A stretch of 64,000 nucleotides of DNA from Squalus acanthias (taxonomy: Eukaryota). Below, one piece after another: positions 22,296 through 36,279 of this stretch. The stretch is taken from positions 117,926,001-117,990,000 of the forward strand of contig CM059431.1 of the NCBI GenBank assembly GCA_030390025.1, written 5' to 3'. Position numbers and translations under genes: made by a program. Each line of letters opens with the position of its first letter. Position 1 is the stretch's first letter. The notes below the pieces were generated by a model that saw only the letters and a program-made list of their open reading frames with translations, was not told the DNA's origin and searched no databases.

Positions 22296-24929
22296 AATCT
22301 GCATCTAACACATACAATAGTTCACCTGAGAAACTTGGGCCCTGCTATTAATCTAAAGGTGGCTTCCGATCTAGAGGGTGGAATTGTCTGCGCAAAACTC
22401 CGATGTCAACTCAGCGGGCCGGAATTTGCAATCGCAACTGAATTGCAGAAATAAATTTTGACTTCCGGGTTTTGCGTCTCCAAGTGCACCCGCATGATGC
22501 GATTTCAGCTTTATTTAAAGGGACAATACTTTCCCCCAGCAATGGGAGGAAAAATATGCTGCTCTCACCAAGAAGGTCTGGTTGGAAATAGCTGAGGAGG
22601 TGAGCAGCAGGAGCGTTGTGCCCAGGTCTTGGATGCAATGCAGGAAGCGGTTTAATGATCCAACCAGGTCAGGAAAAGTGAGCACCTTTGATGATTCAAC
22701 TACCTTCGTCCCCTTTCACTCTGTCTTGCCAAGCGTACGCCATCACATCATTCCTCGCACACACTCAACTTTCAGCAGCACCCAGCCCTCACTTTCAGTG
22801 CACTTCACCACCTCCCCATTTATTCATCCACCTTTGCAACTCACCCCAATCCTTAATGCATGTGATGGATCCGTCTCATAGGCCGCGAATTCCCCTACTT
22901 GGGTGGGTCCATGGCGGGCGAGGTCGGTGGCAGGTCACGGCCGCATTGCTGGCTCCATCCCAGCCTCTGACTTGACTTTCCACGATTGGGCTTGTTAAGC
23001 CCGCCCAGGGCGTTTCACGGCCAATTGAAGGAAGCAGGTCTTATGAAGTCATTTGATGACGCGTCATCAGCCAGTTTCCTTAAAGGGACTATGCGCAAAT
23101 TTAGTTTGACATTTGTGCTGTCAGTGTCCTACAGCATTGAGGTGCTGCAAACACTGACATTCATTGCACAGAGGTGCAGGGCTGCACCCAGGTTCTCCCA
23201 TGACTTCCTCCATGTGCTTATGGAGGGAGTCACAGCATGCAGGGAGGTTCTCTTCCCTTCCAATGGGCGGAAGAGGCCTCCCCAGGAGACCAACACAGCC
23301 TGGTTGCACATTGCACAGGAGGACACAAGCAGGGATGTTCTCAGGAGGACCAGGCTGCAGTGGACGCAAACCTTTCAATGATCTCAGTAGATCACGAAAC
23401 GTTACTGCAAAGCCACACTCAACCTCATCCGGCTGTACCACTCATCACATCACCATCATTCTGCCTTCACTACCCTACTCCTGCACATCCTTACACCAAC
23501 TTACCTTGCACCTCCACCCATCCCTCTCTATCTACATTATCACATCTCCATCTCACTAGCCTCCCCTCAACACTCACTCTCATCCTCAGCCTATCATAAC
23601 AACTAACAACACACAAGGGTAGGCACTTGTGTGTTTTAGCCAATGTTCATGCGAAGCTTCTGTTAATATGCTGTCAAACATTGAAATCTTTATTTTGAAC
23701 ACTTTCTGTTCTTGGACAGATTTGTATGCACCTTTGGACGTGGCTTAGCGAGTTGCAGTGAATGGTGAGACATAATGGTAGCCCCCACAATGGTGATGAG
23801 TGTGAAAGGAATGGCTTGGGCATTGTAGGGATGCTTTAGGTTGTTGGTGTGGGGTGGTGTCAACCTGGCGCATCATGTGGCAGTCAGGGTGTGTAGCGTC
23901 AAGTGAAGTAAATGTGGCCATGGTGAAGCCATCCCTGGCATCGCAGGCAGCAATGTGGCCAGGTGCTGATGCCCTCTGTCCTGTGCAGCATTAGGTGATT
24001 GCGGAGAAGTTTGGTGTGGTTGGTGGTGCTGCTAGTGAGCCTGGCGATGCTGGTGCTGTGGTTGATCGTGGTCAGATTCTGGGGACCAAGGTGAGAGAGT
24101 ATAAATCGTACCCATGCTGAGCTCTGCTCAGCTGGACACAGATGCTGAACCCCGAAGGCAATCGTTGAGAAGGAGATTGCTAGAGTTACATCAGCAACTT
24201 AGCCAGGTACTGACAGATCTGCCATGCACACTCCACAATAGCAGAGAGGATGGAGGAGTCCAACTCGATCGCTAGTGGATTGGTGGTGCAGGAATTGTGG
24301 GAATGCCTGCCATAGAGAGAGTGGCCACTTCCATGTAGCTTCAAGCACGGCTCTCAATATCATGAGTGCATGCAGGCCATTAGCACGGCTGTGAAGATGT
24401 CTGTCTCTTTAAACAGGATGACAGATACCTTATCCGTGGCCTTACAACAAATCACTGATCTCCAAAAAGCAGTTCTGCAGCAGAGTGGTACGTTTGATGT
24501 TGCGTTAGACCACGAGAGAGATGATGGCAAAATGGGACATGGAAGTGGGAACTCCACTCAAAGTGCTCCAACGTCTCACCTGATGCAACCCCTGCCCCGC
24601 CCAGTCAGCATCCGCAAGGCGCACATTTGCATGACCGTCTTGTGGTTACACACTAGCTATGCATCGATGGACGAATATCCCTTGCGGGATATAAAAGCTC
24701 CTGGTTGCTGTGGTAGACCTAGGATTGCCAAGTGTGTGCAACCGATGGCACCCTGTTCCTGTCCGCCAGGTCCAGCAGGTAGAATGTCTTCTTCTAGGAG
24801 GCTGCAGATGTCTGCCACCACCTGACGTGACAACCTCAAACTGCAGAAACTCTGCTCTTCTGAGAGGAAAAGGAAGCTGAGCCACGGTCTGTAAACTTTA
24901 TGATGTGGGTAGAGCCTCCTGTGAGTTCG

Positions 24930-25670
24930 GCACCTCTCCTGTGCACCTCTCTCCTGTGCACCTCCCTCCTGTGCACCTCCCTCCTGTGCACCTCTCTCCT
25001 GTGCACCTCTCTCCTGTGCACCTCTCTCCTGTGCACCTCCGTCCTGTGCACCTCTCTCCTGTGCACCTCTCTCCTGTGCACCTCCCTCCTGTGCACCTCT
25101 CTCCTGTGCACCTCTCTCCTGTGCCCCTCTCTCCTGTGCACCTCTCTCCTGTGCACCTCCCTTCTGTGCACCTCTCTCCTGTGCACCCTTCTCCTGTGCA
25201 CCTCCCTCCTGTGCACCTCCCTCCTGTGCACCTCTCTCCTGTGCCCCTCTCTCCTGTGCACCTCTCTCCTGTGCACCTCCCTTCTGTGCACCTCTCTCCT
25301 GTGCACCTCCATCCTGTGCACCTCCATCCTGTGCACCTCCATCCTATGCACCTCCATCCTATGCACCTCCCTCCTGGTGCACCTCCATCCTGTGCACCTC
25401 CATCCTATGCACCTCCCTCCTGGTGCACCTCTCTCCTGTGCACCTCCATCCTGTGCACCTCCATCCTGTGCACCTCCATCCTATGCACCTCCTTCCTGGT
25501 GCACCTCCATCCTGTGCACCTCCATCCTGTGCACCTCCCTCCTGTGCACCTCCATCCTGTGCACCTCCCTCCTGGTGCATCTCCATCCTATGCACCTCCC
25601 TCCTGTGCACCTCCCTCCTGTGCACCTCCCTCCTGTGCACCTCCCTCCTGTGCCCCACTCTCCTGTGCAC
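24930..25670. repeat. 15-bp minisatellite (CCTGTGCACCTCYCT), about 49 units, degenerate continuation at 26643-26745
   Basis: Directly visible tandem array. Confidence 0.95.
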
Positions 25671-26640
25671 TGTAAGATTTGGATCACAGGTCACACACAT
25701 ATTACCCAAAGGGTCTTAGGAGTCATAGGTCATTTTATTAAGGAGCGGCAGTGCAAATATAGTTAAGTACAACATACAATCAGGATAGACATAGTAAACA
25801 TACAACCCGTAACAGATAAAATCAGTTTACCAGCCCCGGAACGGACGGACAGATGGAGGTTGAGGTAGAATGGTGGTCTCGGATTCCTGCATCCTGCGGC
25901 AGTGGTCTCTTCCTCTTTGGTCGTCTCCCGAGCTGGCGGAGGTGTTAAGCCGAAGCTAGCATGAATCCACCTCTGAGGTTGAGCTTGACCAAGGTGTTAC
26001 GCCAAAGCTAGCATGAATCCACCGCAGGGAAGCCCTTCCCCTCTCTGCCTGTTTTTCCCTTTTTGGCTGCCCGTTTATATACCTTATTTCGGGGTTGCCG
26101 GTGGATACCTCATGTCAATCATTTGTTTAATCACTTTTACCTATTCAATTGTCCAATTACAGAGGAATAGGTACCTACAGCAGACCCCTCCCAGTCTCAT
26201 CATTCCTCTGCTTGTCTCTTGTTTGGACATCTTGCCACCTTCTCCTGGACAGTTTGTTTAGCATGAGTCGCCTTACTCAACCTTTTATCAGGCCCAGCTA
26301 AGCCTACTTGAATGCCTGTTCATTGTTATGTCCTTGTAACGAGCTCTCTGTGAAAATCTTTATCTGACATGATTAGAATTGTTCTGTGTCATCAACTCAG
26401 GCAGACTGCTGAGCTAGGGAAACCCGTATTTTATTATAGGACTATTATTTCTTACAATTCCCAATTTCTTCCAATTCACGATTTCTTACAATTCCCCACC
26501 TTAAGAAGGAAATATCCTTATTGACTTCTCACAATCGGCTCTTGACTAATCTAGCTAATTCTAAGTTATCAGCCCATTTCCCTAACTTCTTGATCATACT
26601 CCGCAGGTAACATACCAATATCATCAGAATCATTAGCACA
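25671..26640 (-). mobile_element. Truncated ERV 3' end: LTR 25671-26490, PPT and short internal piece
   Basis: TGTAAGA...TCTTACA termini; minus-strand TATATAAA (~26075) and AATAAA (~25735); GGTGGGGAAT PPT-like tract at 26491-26500; ORF end DQEVREMG-stop upstream. Confidence 0.7.
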
Positions 26641-28784
26641 AACCTGTGCGCCTCCCTCCTGTGCACCTCCTTTCTGTGCACCTCCTGTCAACTTCCTCCT
26701 GTCAACTCCCTCCTGTGCACCTTGCTCCTGTGCACTGCCCTCCTGTTCACATGCTGACACCACCACCGCACATCGTCGCTGCCATGGATGGTGATGGTCT
26801 CCTCTTCTGATGTGCTGTCAAATATATCCAAGGTGCCGCCCATCCTGATCTTGTCAGCTTGAAAGGCTCCAAAGTTGAGAAAAAGCTGATTAAAACAAGA
26901 ATTCTCTGCCAAATATTTGCCAGAGGGAACTGAGACACTAGCTGTAATAAGTGAGCTTTTATTCAGATTGGGCAATCACAAGTTTAAATACCCACCTGAA
27001 CTGTGGTACAATCTCGTCTCCTTTTAATTGGTCAGTTTCCCAAGCCCCGGAAAACCCCTGCTGGACATGTTAACTTTATAGGTGAGTAAAATTGAATGTA
27101 AAAAGACCTCATTAACGTCTTCTAAGGACGTCAATTGCTGCAATAAGTACCCGATGCCGGCACAAATCAAAGCACCGACTTTGACGAGTAGGTTACTCGC
27201 AGGCATCTAAACGCACCTCCGTTAAAAGTGGGTGCGTTGGAGGCTGGTTGCGGTTGCAATGTCAAATTCAGTTATTTTAACTGCCCACCCGCCCCAAACC
27301 ACCCATTCTTGCGGGTTAAAATTCATCCCTTGATGTTGTCTCTGTCTTGATAATTTTCCGAGTAAATGAATCAAAAAGTAAAACAAGGAGTTCTCCTGGT
27401 TCCTTGGTCAACATCTCTTTGTCAACAACTATCATCAAAAACATATTCACTGGTCATTCATCTCTGTGCCAGCTTTTGGGACATTGCTTGCGCAAAATGG
27501 GTGGCATGCTTGCTTACATCATAGTTTCTGTGCTTCTAAAGTAATTCATTGTAGAAAGATCTTATAATGATCCAGTTAAATAGGCACTACTTGTACAAAA
27601 ATTATCTTAAGGTTACAGGCAGAAAAAAGCTACGTTACAAAGAGAAATTCATTTTGAGCTGTCCCGGGGAGCAATTTCAATTTGCAGTAAATTTCAATTT
27701 ACAGTAAAATATAGTGTCATTAAAATGTTGCAATCAATTTTTAGTAGCGAGGTAAAATGTTGTCAACAAAGTGCAGTGGTGCACCAATTGTAGCCATGAT
27801 TTTTCTGATTAATGTTCAGTACCGCAATTCCATTTAACACTAAAAGGCACAGATAGTTGTGAATCTTATTTATCTGTGAGATCTAAAAGAAGAGACTCCC
27901 TTTTCAGTTCCATATTCTTAGTTAACATTAAAGAACTGTCTGAACATATCATTCAAAAGCTACTTTCGGGTTCAAAACTAGAGAAGTGGAAATCCTCATT
28001 TTATTTAACGAAATCAAACATCATAAACAGATATAACCATTACATGAAGTAGCAATAAAAGCCTCATGTCTAAAGTTAATTTGGTCATGTCTGATTCACA
28101 GCTTATGCTATCAGATTTCCCTCAATAAGGAAGAAGTTTGCAATTGATTCTTTAATATACACTCTTTAAAGTTAACAGGACAGTTATACTGCAAATACAG
28201 TATTCCACTGATACAAAAGAACTAAATCTACAATGTTCTAGTGATGAATTATAAGCAACGGAAAGTTTTTGCAGTGGTGGAGGACCATTTGAAGTTTGAC
28301 CTTACACACTGCTTCAGCACTATAACTCCAAGGAGGGCAAAGACAAATTTTGAAACTGTTCAGTCTGCAGAATTGTCTTAATTTAATGTTAGTTTTTGAG
28401 GGTGGAGAAAGCTGATGGGATATTTTTTGTAAGTTGGGCACAAGTCAGAAGAGCAGTATGCATATGTTTAAGTAGTCATGCACAGGGCTCTACTTTGCCT
28501 GATTGTAAAGTGGAACAACTGGGCTCTGTAACTTGATGCTGTCTGCTGTCAGTGCTCTAAGAATGGTACCAGTGCCAAACCATTGTGCGCCTTATAATAG
28601 TACTATAAAGCATAACTTTTCCAAGTAGGCATCAGCAGCAAGGAATTTCACCTGCTGCCAGAACATTTGAAGGCAATGCACTCACAATTTGCCAGTATAG
28701 ACTGGCAAGGTTTATTACCACCTGCACATACACCAAACACTATTCGCTGAATATCTATCAAATTAAACTAAGCATCTTTATTCA

Positions 28785-30025
28785 TAGAATCATAGAATGA
28801 TACAGAACAGAAGGAGGCCATTTGGGCCATTGTGCCTGTGCCAACTCTTTGAAAGAGCTCTCCAATTAGTCCCACTCCCCTGCTCTATTCCCATAGCCCT
28901 GCAAATGTTTCCATTTCAAGTATTTATCCAATTCCCTTTTGAAAGTTATTATTGAATCTGCTTCCACCGCCCTTTCAGGCATTGCATTCCAGAACATAAC
29001 AACTTGCTGCATAATTTTTTTCCTCATGGCTCCCCTGGTTCTTTTGCCAAAAACCTTAAATTTGTGTCCTCTGGAAGTGACTTTTCTGCCGCTGGAAACA
29101 AATTCTCCTTATTTATCTATCAAAACCCTTCATGATTTTGAAGACCTCTATCAAATCTCCCCTTAATCTTCTCTGCTCTGAGGAGAACAACCCCAGTTTC
29201 TCTAGTCCCTCCACATATCTGAAGTCTTTCATCCCTGGTACCATTCTAGAAGATCTCCTCTGAACCATCTCTAAGGCCTTGACATCCTTCCTAAAGTGTG
29301 GTGCCCAGATTAGGACACAGTACTCCAGCTGAGGCCTAAACAGTGTTTTATAAAGGTTTAGTATAACTTCCTTGCTTTTGTACTCTATTCCTCTATTAAT
29401 AAAGCAAAGGATCCCATCTGCCTTTTTAACAACCTTCTCCACTTGTCCTGCCACCTTCAAAGATTTGTGTCCGTACACCCCCAGGTCTCTCTGTTCCTGC
29501 AGCCCCTTTAAAATTGTACCATTTAGTTTATATTACCTCTCTCATTCTTCCTACCGAAATTAATCACGTCATGTTTTTCTGTGTTAAATTTCATCTGCCA
29601 TGTGTCTGCCCAGTTCACCAGTCTGTCTGTGTCATCCTGAAGTCTGTTACTATCCTCCTCACTGTTTACAGCATTTCCGAGTTTCGTGTCATCTGCAAAT
29701 GTTGAAATTATGCCCTGTATACCCACGTCCAGATCATTAATATATATCAAACAGAACAATGGTTCAAACACCGAACCCTGGGGAACATCACTGCACACTT
29801 CCGTCCAATCTGAAAAACAACTGTTCACCATTACTCTCTGTTTTCTGCCCCTTCGTCAATTTTGTATCCACGTAGCCACTGCCCCTTTAATCCCATGGGC
29901 TTCAATTTCTCTAACAAGTCTATATGTGGTATTTTATCAAATGCCTTTTGAGAGTCCATATACACAACATCATCCGTACTATCCTCATCAACCCTCTCCG
30001 TTACTTCATCAAAGAACTCAAGCAA
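28785..30025 (-). mobile_element. CR1-type LINE 3' fragment
   Basis: ORFs with PQGSVF, FADDTKL, LRGDLIEVFKIM; ATAGAATC tail repeats at 28785. Confidence 0.9.
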
Positions 30026-30705
30026 GTTACTATTTATATCAACTGGAGTAAATGCTGCAAATGTTGAATTAATTAATTAATTAATGGAAAATACGTAAAA
30101 CTCACCCGTGGATGGAATTAAAAGAAAAGCTTGCAGGTTTGCAAAGGTCATTGAAATTTGAAAATGTTCGAAGAAGGATATGTTGATCAGGTTAGATTAA
30201 GAGGGGTGGGAGGAGGCTCGTGTGGAGCATAAACATCGGCATGGACCTGTTGGGCCGAATGGCCTGTTTCTGTGCTGTAAATATTATGTAATAAAATCTG
30301 GCAATTTTTTTTTTTATTCATTGACTCTGAGTCAAAAGACATTTTGATCGTTAAAAGTATGTAAACTGGATTATAACGGTAAATAATTCCCCCATGTTAG
30401 CCCTGACAAAAATGAAAAATAGTTTGTGCTAGTTCAACCAGTGGTCTGCTCAGCCCATTTGACACACCACTACTTTCAGCTGGCAACAGCACCAAAGCTC
30501 TTAGCTGTAAAAGGTTCACTGATTTCATAGACATTGCAACAAAGTCTCATACCAGGTACTTCATGAGGGATTTCAATATCCCAGAAAGAGTTGGACAGAC
30601 AAAGGAAAAGCAGAAGTCTTGGGTAAAATAAAAACACAAGCAATTTCATAGAGATTGCTTCCTAATGCATGATGTCAAGCAGGGTAGTCAGGAACTTGCA
30701 ATATT

Positions 30706-31440
30706 GGGCCGGATATTCCGATCCCTATGGGTGGGTATGCACTATGTACATAGGGACATTGGAAATGCCGGTTTCAGGCATGCCAAGCGAATGTGCCGAA
30801 AACCGGCATTTCCGATCTGTCAAGAATGCTCTTGACAGATCGGACGCCTGCCCTGGAGAAGGGCCTCTGCGAGCGGATAGTTCCGCTTTCTGGAGACCCT
30901 CCGCCCACAGAAAACCCTTAGAAATCTTACGCCTGTTAAAAGTAGGCGTAAGGCCTGCTTTTACTAGCATAAGATTTCAAAAAAGTAAAAAAAAAAAATT
31001 TTTTTCACTAATTTATCATTTAAAACTACTTTAAAAAAGGTACGTAAAAAACTTTAATCATTTTTTTCAAAAATTTTAATTTTTGTTTAAAGTAGTTAAT
31101 TTATTGTAATTTCAACTAATTTTAAAAATGTGATTAAAAAAATATATTTAATGTTTTAAAGTGTTTTGGAGGTGATCATCATTCATATATTTGACAGGTC
31201 GATCGGTCAAGTGTATGAAGGAAGATTCCCTTCTTTGATTGGCTCCCCATGGCCCACATGATCCCAGGGACGCTTGCGAACCGCCTGCGCCTCTGGGATA
31301 CGTGGGCCCTGCACATTTTGAGTTGGAGAGGCCCAGGAGCAGAATTGTCCGGACCGCGGGAGCCCTCAGGTAAGTGCGTAGATTTTTTCCAGATTGGAGG
31401 CCTCCGCACGCGGGAAGCCTCCGATCAGAAAATACGGCCC
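30706..31440. mobile_element. Harbinger-type MITE
   Basis: TIRs GGGCCGGATATTCCGATC / GATCAGAAAATACGGCCC; ATT TSD both sides; AT-rich core. Confidence 0.85.
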
Positions 31441-33191
31441 ATTAAGTTTAAGATTTAGCAACCACCAGAAGCAACTACTAGCCTGGACGCAGGTGAACAC
31501 TCAGGGCCTTGTGATCATTCCCACTAAATTAGATATTATAATAAAGGCTAAGCTCAGCAATGACAAAATGGAGTGTAACATTTTAAAATGTAAAATATGA
31601 CAGGGCACCAGCTTTGCTGAGGACATTAAGGGAGCATTTCAAATTTAAAAAGCTGGTTTCCCTACTGCAATCGATCCACTCACTCAGTGCCGAATTTCCA
31701 CCTCTCTCCAGTTACACCACAAACGTGTGGGCTCCCAATCAATATATGCAAGTGTCCAGAAAGTGGGCTAGTGTGCAGGGCTGCAAACAGTGGGTAGAAA
31801 TCCCACCCTACCAAGGACTTGCCACCATGGTGACACAGAGGAAATTTGGGGCCAATGTAATTAAATTCTTTTCCAAAATCTATGGGGTGTCTTAGAATAA
31901 AGCTACCATAACATGTAATAAACCACTTTTTTCCTAACATAAGAATCGACCTGTTAGGTTCAATATGAATAAATTAAGATAGGATTAAAAAAGATCTATT
32001 TTGCTGAGGAGGTGTCAGCTGTTAAACTAATTCAATCGGTCTGCTGTAATTTGTACCAAGTTTCATCTTTTGAATATTAACTATAATTGATTTTTGCACT
32101 TCTAATATGTAGAGATTTATAGATTGCTGGAGTGAATGTAATGTAGAATCTCAGCAAGGAATGCAGGTGATATCAAAGCAACACAGTCTGACTGCCTGAA
32201 GCTTTATAGCCTCATCTGAGCCCTGAGATAAGATTACTGCTTGAAATCAGTCCAAGGTATTGATTAGCTTTATACTGTACACTATGGAATTCATGGAGGT
32301 GGTTTAGTCTGCTCTGGGTCAGCTTCTGTTTGCCACTAGTGGCAACAAAAACCTTCTTAAAATGTCGCCGACTGCGCCCAAAGCGGAAACTCCACCCCGC
32401 AGGGTTTAACCTTTGAGACAAGTGCATGCTACTTATGTGTGAAGGCCTGAGGCCTACAGCGCACACCAATGAGGGCAAAAAGTGCAAAGGGGAATCAGTG
32501 TACAAGTTGCACATGAGGGTCATTAGCTCAGAGTTCCACTTAAAGGAAGCAGCTGCCCCATAGTGCGCCTGAGAGACTGAGCTGTGCTCCTGCTACACGG
32601 TGCCTGTTTGTAATAGACGCTGAACCACATTGTTTCTGATACATGTTTCCCTGATCTCCGTATTTGTACATCCCCCCCACCCCATTACATCGCTACTGTC
32701 AGGAGGTCTGTAGACAACTCCTACAAGAGTGTTGGGGGGAAAAATTTGGTTGGTTTGCGCCTCCCGTTATCGCCTTAAGAGGGCGCTAATGGGGCACAAA
32801 GCAACTAGCGCCCGGGCGCGGCGATGTTTGCGCCGCTCGCGAAATTGACCAGACATTTTGCGGCGGCGCTAAACAATACCGCCCCGATCTCCTGCGCCCG
32901 CAGATCTTGACGTCAGTCGAGCGTGCAACGCCCTTGTGGTGTCCCTGACCGGATATTGAGTGGTGCCCCCCTCCTTTCCGTCTGGCGCAAGCAACGACAG
33001 GTAGACTGGAACGTTTCCCAGTCGGTGTGGGGCTGGGGGGGCGCTATTTAAAGGCGGCCTCTTCCTGGCTTTTTCTGTAGTAGACATTTTTGCACCACTC
33101 ATTCTGACAGAGAGAGAGATTCTGAGAGAGAGGAGAGTCTTCTGCAAAGAGTCAATGCTGTGTGAAGTAGTTTTGGCTACTGAGCATCACT

Positions 33192-34402
33192 TTGCAGGTA
33201 CTTTTGGATTTTGGCCTTCATTACTTTGATTACCAAGAGACTTCAGGGGCTGCACTGATTCGGGGCGTCGTCCTGCGCCTGCAGATTTGGATGCAACATA
33301 GACGCAGAGAGAGAGTGGCAATCATGGCCAGACGGAGGAGGGCCAACAGGCCTCTGTACAGGAGACCTTACCCTCCCAGGGTATATCACCAACAATTCAC
33401 ATATATTAATATGTCTGAGGAGCAGTGTTTGCGAAGGCTGCGCTTCAGCAAGGAGGTAGTCACTGAGCTCTGCCACCTGCTGCAGCCAGATCTGCAGCCT
33501 CGACTGAGGTCCAGGACGTCTCTGTCGGTGGCAGTGAAGGTCACAGTGGCTCTGAACTTTTATGCCACCGGCTCCTTTCAAGCAGCTACTGGGGACATCG
33601 CCAATATCTCCCAGTTCACGGTCCATTGCTGCATCCGTCAGGTCACAAATGCCCTCTATAAAAGGAGACGAGAGTACATCTCTTTCCCGATGAGCCGGGC
33701 CAAACAGCATGAACACGCATTGGGCTTTGCGAGGATAGCGGGCTTCCCCATGGTGCAGGGCGCCATTGACTGCACGCATGTGGCATTGCGTGCACCGCAA
33801 AGAATGCAGGGAATTTCCGCAACCGCAAGGGGTTCCACTCCTTTAATGTCCAGTTGGTCTGTGACCACAGACAGCTGATACTCGCTGTCAATGCCCGTTA
33901 TCCTGGTAGCAGCCACAATGCATTCATCCTGCGCCAGACTGCTGTGCCAGAACTTTTTCAGGCACTGCATCAGCCAAGTGGTTGGCTCCTCGGGGACAAG
34001 GGTTATCCACTGTGCACCTGGCTGATGACACTGCTCCGTAACCCCAACACCCCTTCTGAGCTGCGGTACAACGAGGGCCATCTCGCCGCCAGGAACGTCG
34101 TTGAGCAGACGATCGGCATGCTCAAGCAACGGTTCCGCTGTCTGGACCACTCAGGAGGAGCCCTGCAGTACTCACCTGAGCGAGTCTCCCTCTTCATAGT
34201 TGTTTGCTGCATACTGCATAACCTGGCAATCCTCAGGACCCAGCCAATGCCACCAGGCCTTGGAGCACCACCGGAGGAGGAGGAGGAAGAGGAGGAGGAA
34301 GAGGAGGAGGATGATCATCAGCAGCACCAAGGCGGGGGGGCGGCCCACAATGTTGAAACTGGAAGGGCCGTCCGTCAACGGCTGATAGCAAGCCGCTTCT
34401 AG
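33192..34402 (+). pseudogene. Harbinger DDE transposase (HARBI1-like family), one frameshift near 33800
   Basis: GAIDCTH, RKGFHSFNVQLVCD (after frame change), LLGDKGY, RNVVEQTIGMLKQRFRCL, CCILHN; true start uncertain (ATG at 33291 possible). Confidence 0.9.
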
Positions 34403-36044
34403 GCCCCTGCTGAGGAAATGGCTTCTGCCATGGAGAACATCATGAATGAAACCAACCCACAACCCCTCAGCCAGCCGAGGCAGCAATGAGTCCAAAGACC
34501 AAACATGTACATTTTGAATACAAAAACTTATTTATTTTACAAACTCTGTGTGTGTCATTTCTTCATGACAAACTAATAGAAACAAACACAAAAAATCATT
34601 CATTAACATAACTGGTTCTCACAACCTGGAGATAATGTCCAAAACACTAAACAAAAGTTTGAACGCGAACCTCGACCTTTAATAAAAAATTGACCAACAT
34701 TTCGACACACCTCCTACTGTTTGCCCTTCGAGGGTGATCTCCTTCCCTTGCGCACTTCCCCTCTTTCCACCCTACTGCTGCTCCGTAATGGGGCCCCAGT
34801 GGCTGCAGCAAGGCTGGTGGAAGGTTGCTGATGTCAGATCCTGAGACTGCAGATGCCCTTGAAGGATGGCCTCGACCAGCTCTGGGCCTGGAGGGCCCGG
34901 CTGCAGACTGCACCAACTCTTGATTGTCGGCAGCAGTCTGTCCTACAGGCGGTGGCAAGTGCAATGGGGAAGTGACAGTGGTGGCAGCAGGAATGCTGTC
35001 ATCCTGAGACAGGACAGCACCTCCCTGCTCAACCGACACACTGGCACTCCCACGGGGCAGCACCTCAGCATCCGGAGCAATCTGCTGGAGCACAGATTGC
35101 TGGCCTGCTGCAGCGTGGTGAGAGCCCTGGGAAATGTGTCCGAACCAGCGAGAATGGCAGCAGTCAGTGCTTGCGTGACCTCAATCTGAGTCTGCATGAG
35201 AGCAGTCTGAGATGGGGTCACAGCAGCCAGTGACTGAATTGCAGCACTAAGCTTCAGTGCGGCATCCGCCTGTGCTACAGCGAAGTGCTCCACACTCCTT
35301 ACCAGTGATTCAATGCATTCGGGCACCCTTCCCACTGCACCCATGAGCTGAGTGTGCATGTGCACCGCCTGGGTGTTCATTTCAGTGATGAGCCGCTCCT
35401 CCTCTGCATCCAGTGCAGCAGGACTAGCTGGCCTACTCTCCCTCCGGGGAGAAGGCCCCCGAGCTTCCCTAGCCACATCGCGTTGCTGCAGCCCGCTGGG
35501 TCCTGGAGCTTCACCCTCATCAGACCCTTCCCCCCTGCTCCCCTCCAGGGAAGGCGTGTTCCCAGTGTGGGCATGGGCTTCCTCGGGAGAGGGTGGCGCT
35601 GATGCTCCGGCTTCCTCTTCCTCCTCGCCTGCAGCTTCACTCCCACTGGCAGCTTGAGGGCCCGTCTCCTCAGCTGGTGAATCACCATCTGAAAGCAGGG
35701 AGGTACAAGAGTGGCTTTAGCGTGAGGACAGGGTGGCAGTAAGGGAGGAATGAGTGCAGCGATTTAGTAAGTTGGATTGAAAGTGTCAAAGGCTGGTGTT
35801 GTGAGGGACAAGTGGAATGAGAGAGGAGAAAAAGGTGATGACCTTACCATTGCTGTCCAGAATGGGGTCGGCCTCTCCAGGGGCGATGGGACCGATCACC
35901 TGGCTTGCCACAATCCTGTGGACGCGCGCCTCAAGATCGCTGAGGGGTTGCAGCTGAGGCTGTCCTCCATCCGTCCGTTGCTGCTGTCTCCTATTATGAG
36001 ATAGCTTGGCCTGTAAGAAAAAGGACAGCGTCTGAGTAGATATA

Positions 36045-36279
36045 CAGCCATGGTCTTGCCTGATGTGCCTCCCATAATTGAATAGCCCTTAATGTAAGCA
36101 GCCATGGTCTTGCCTGATATGCCTCCCATTGTTGAATAGTCCTTAATGTAAGCAGCCATGGTCTTGCCTGATATGCCTCCCATTGTTGAATAGTCCTTAA
36201 TGTAAGCAGCCATGGTCTTGCCTGATGTGCCTCCCATAGTTGAATAGCCCTTAATGTAAGCAGCCATGGTCTTGCCTGA
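36045..36279. repeat. 54-bp tandem repeat, about 4.3 units, in Myb gene intron 1
   Basis: CAGCCATGGTCTTGCCTGATRTGCCTCCCAT... at period 54; a further unit at 37497-37541. Confidence 0.92.

Larger units (their letters stand above)
22416..27329. mobile_element. Composite decayed Harbinger element(s): Myb/SANT remnants on plus strand, transposase remnant on minus strand
   Basis: WMQCRKRFND (22630) and RAAPRFSHDFLHVLMEGV (23170) Myb-like; minus strand RRLYPHHKVYRP...LRLSRQVVADIC and GAIGCTHLAI...RKGY at 24650-24930; boundaries approximate. Confidence 0.7.

Noticed and set aside
24836..25766. Long repetitive ORFs ([15 protein letters not shown] repeats)
   Set aside because: Artefacts of a stop-free 15-bp minisatellite
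32328..32345. Palindrome TTGCCACTAGTGGCAA as CTCF or other regulatory site
   Set aside because: Spacing does not fit the CTCF core and it is a single occurrence without support
33192..34402. Domesticated host HARBI1 gene
   Set aside because: Lies within TIRs and a TSD, is paired with a Myb gene and carries a frameshift
36045..36279. CRISPR-like array
   Set aside because: Head-to-tail 54-bp units with no unique spacers, no cas genes, eukaryotic context
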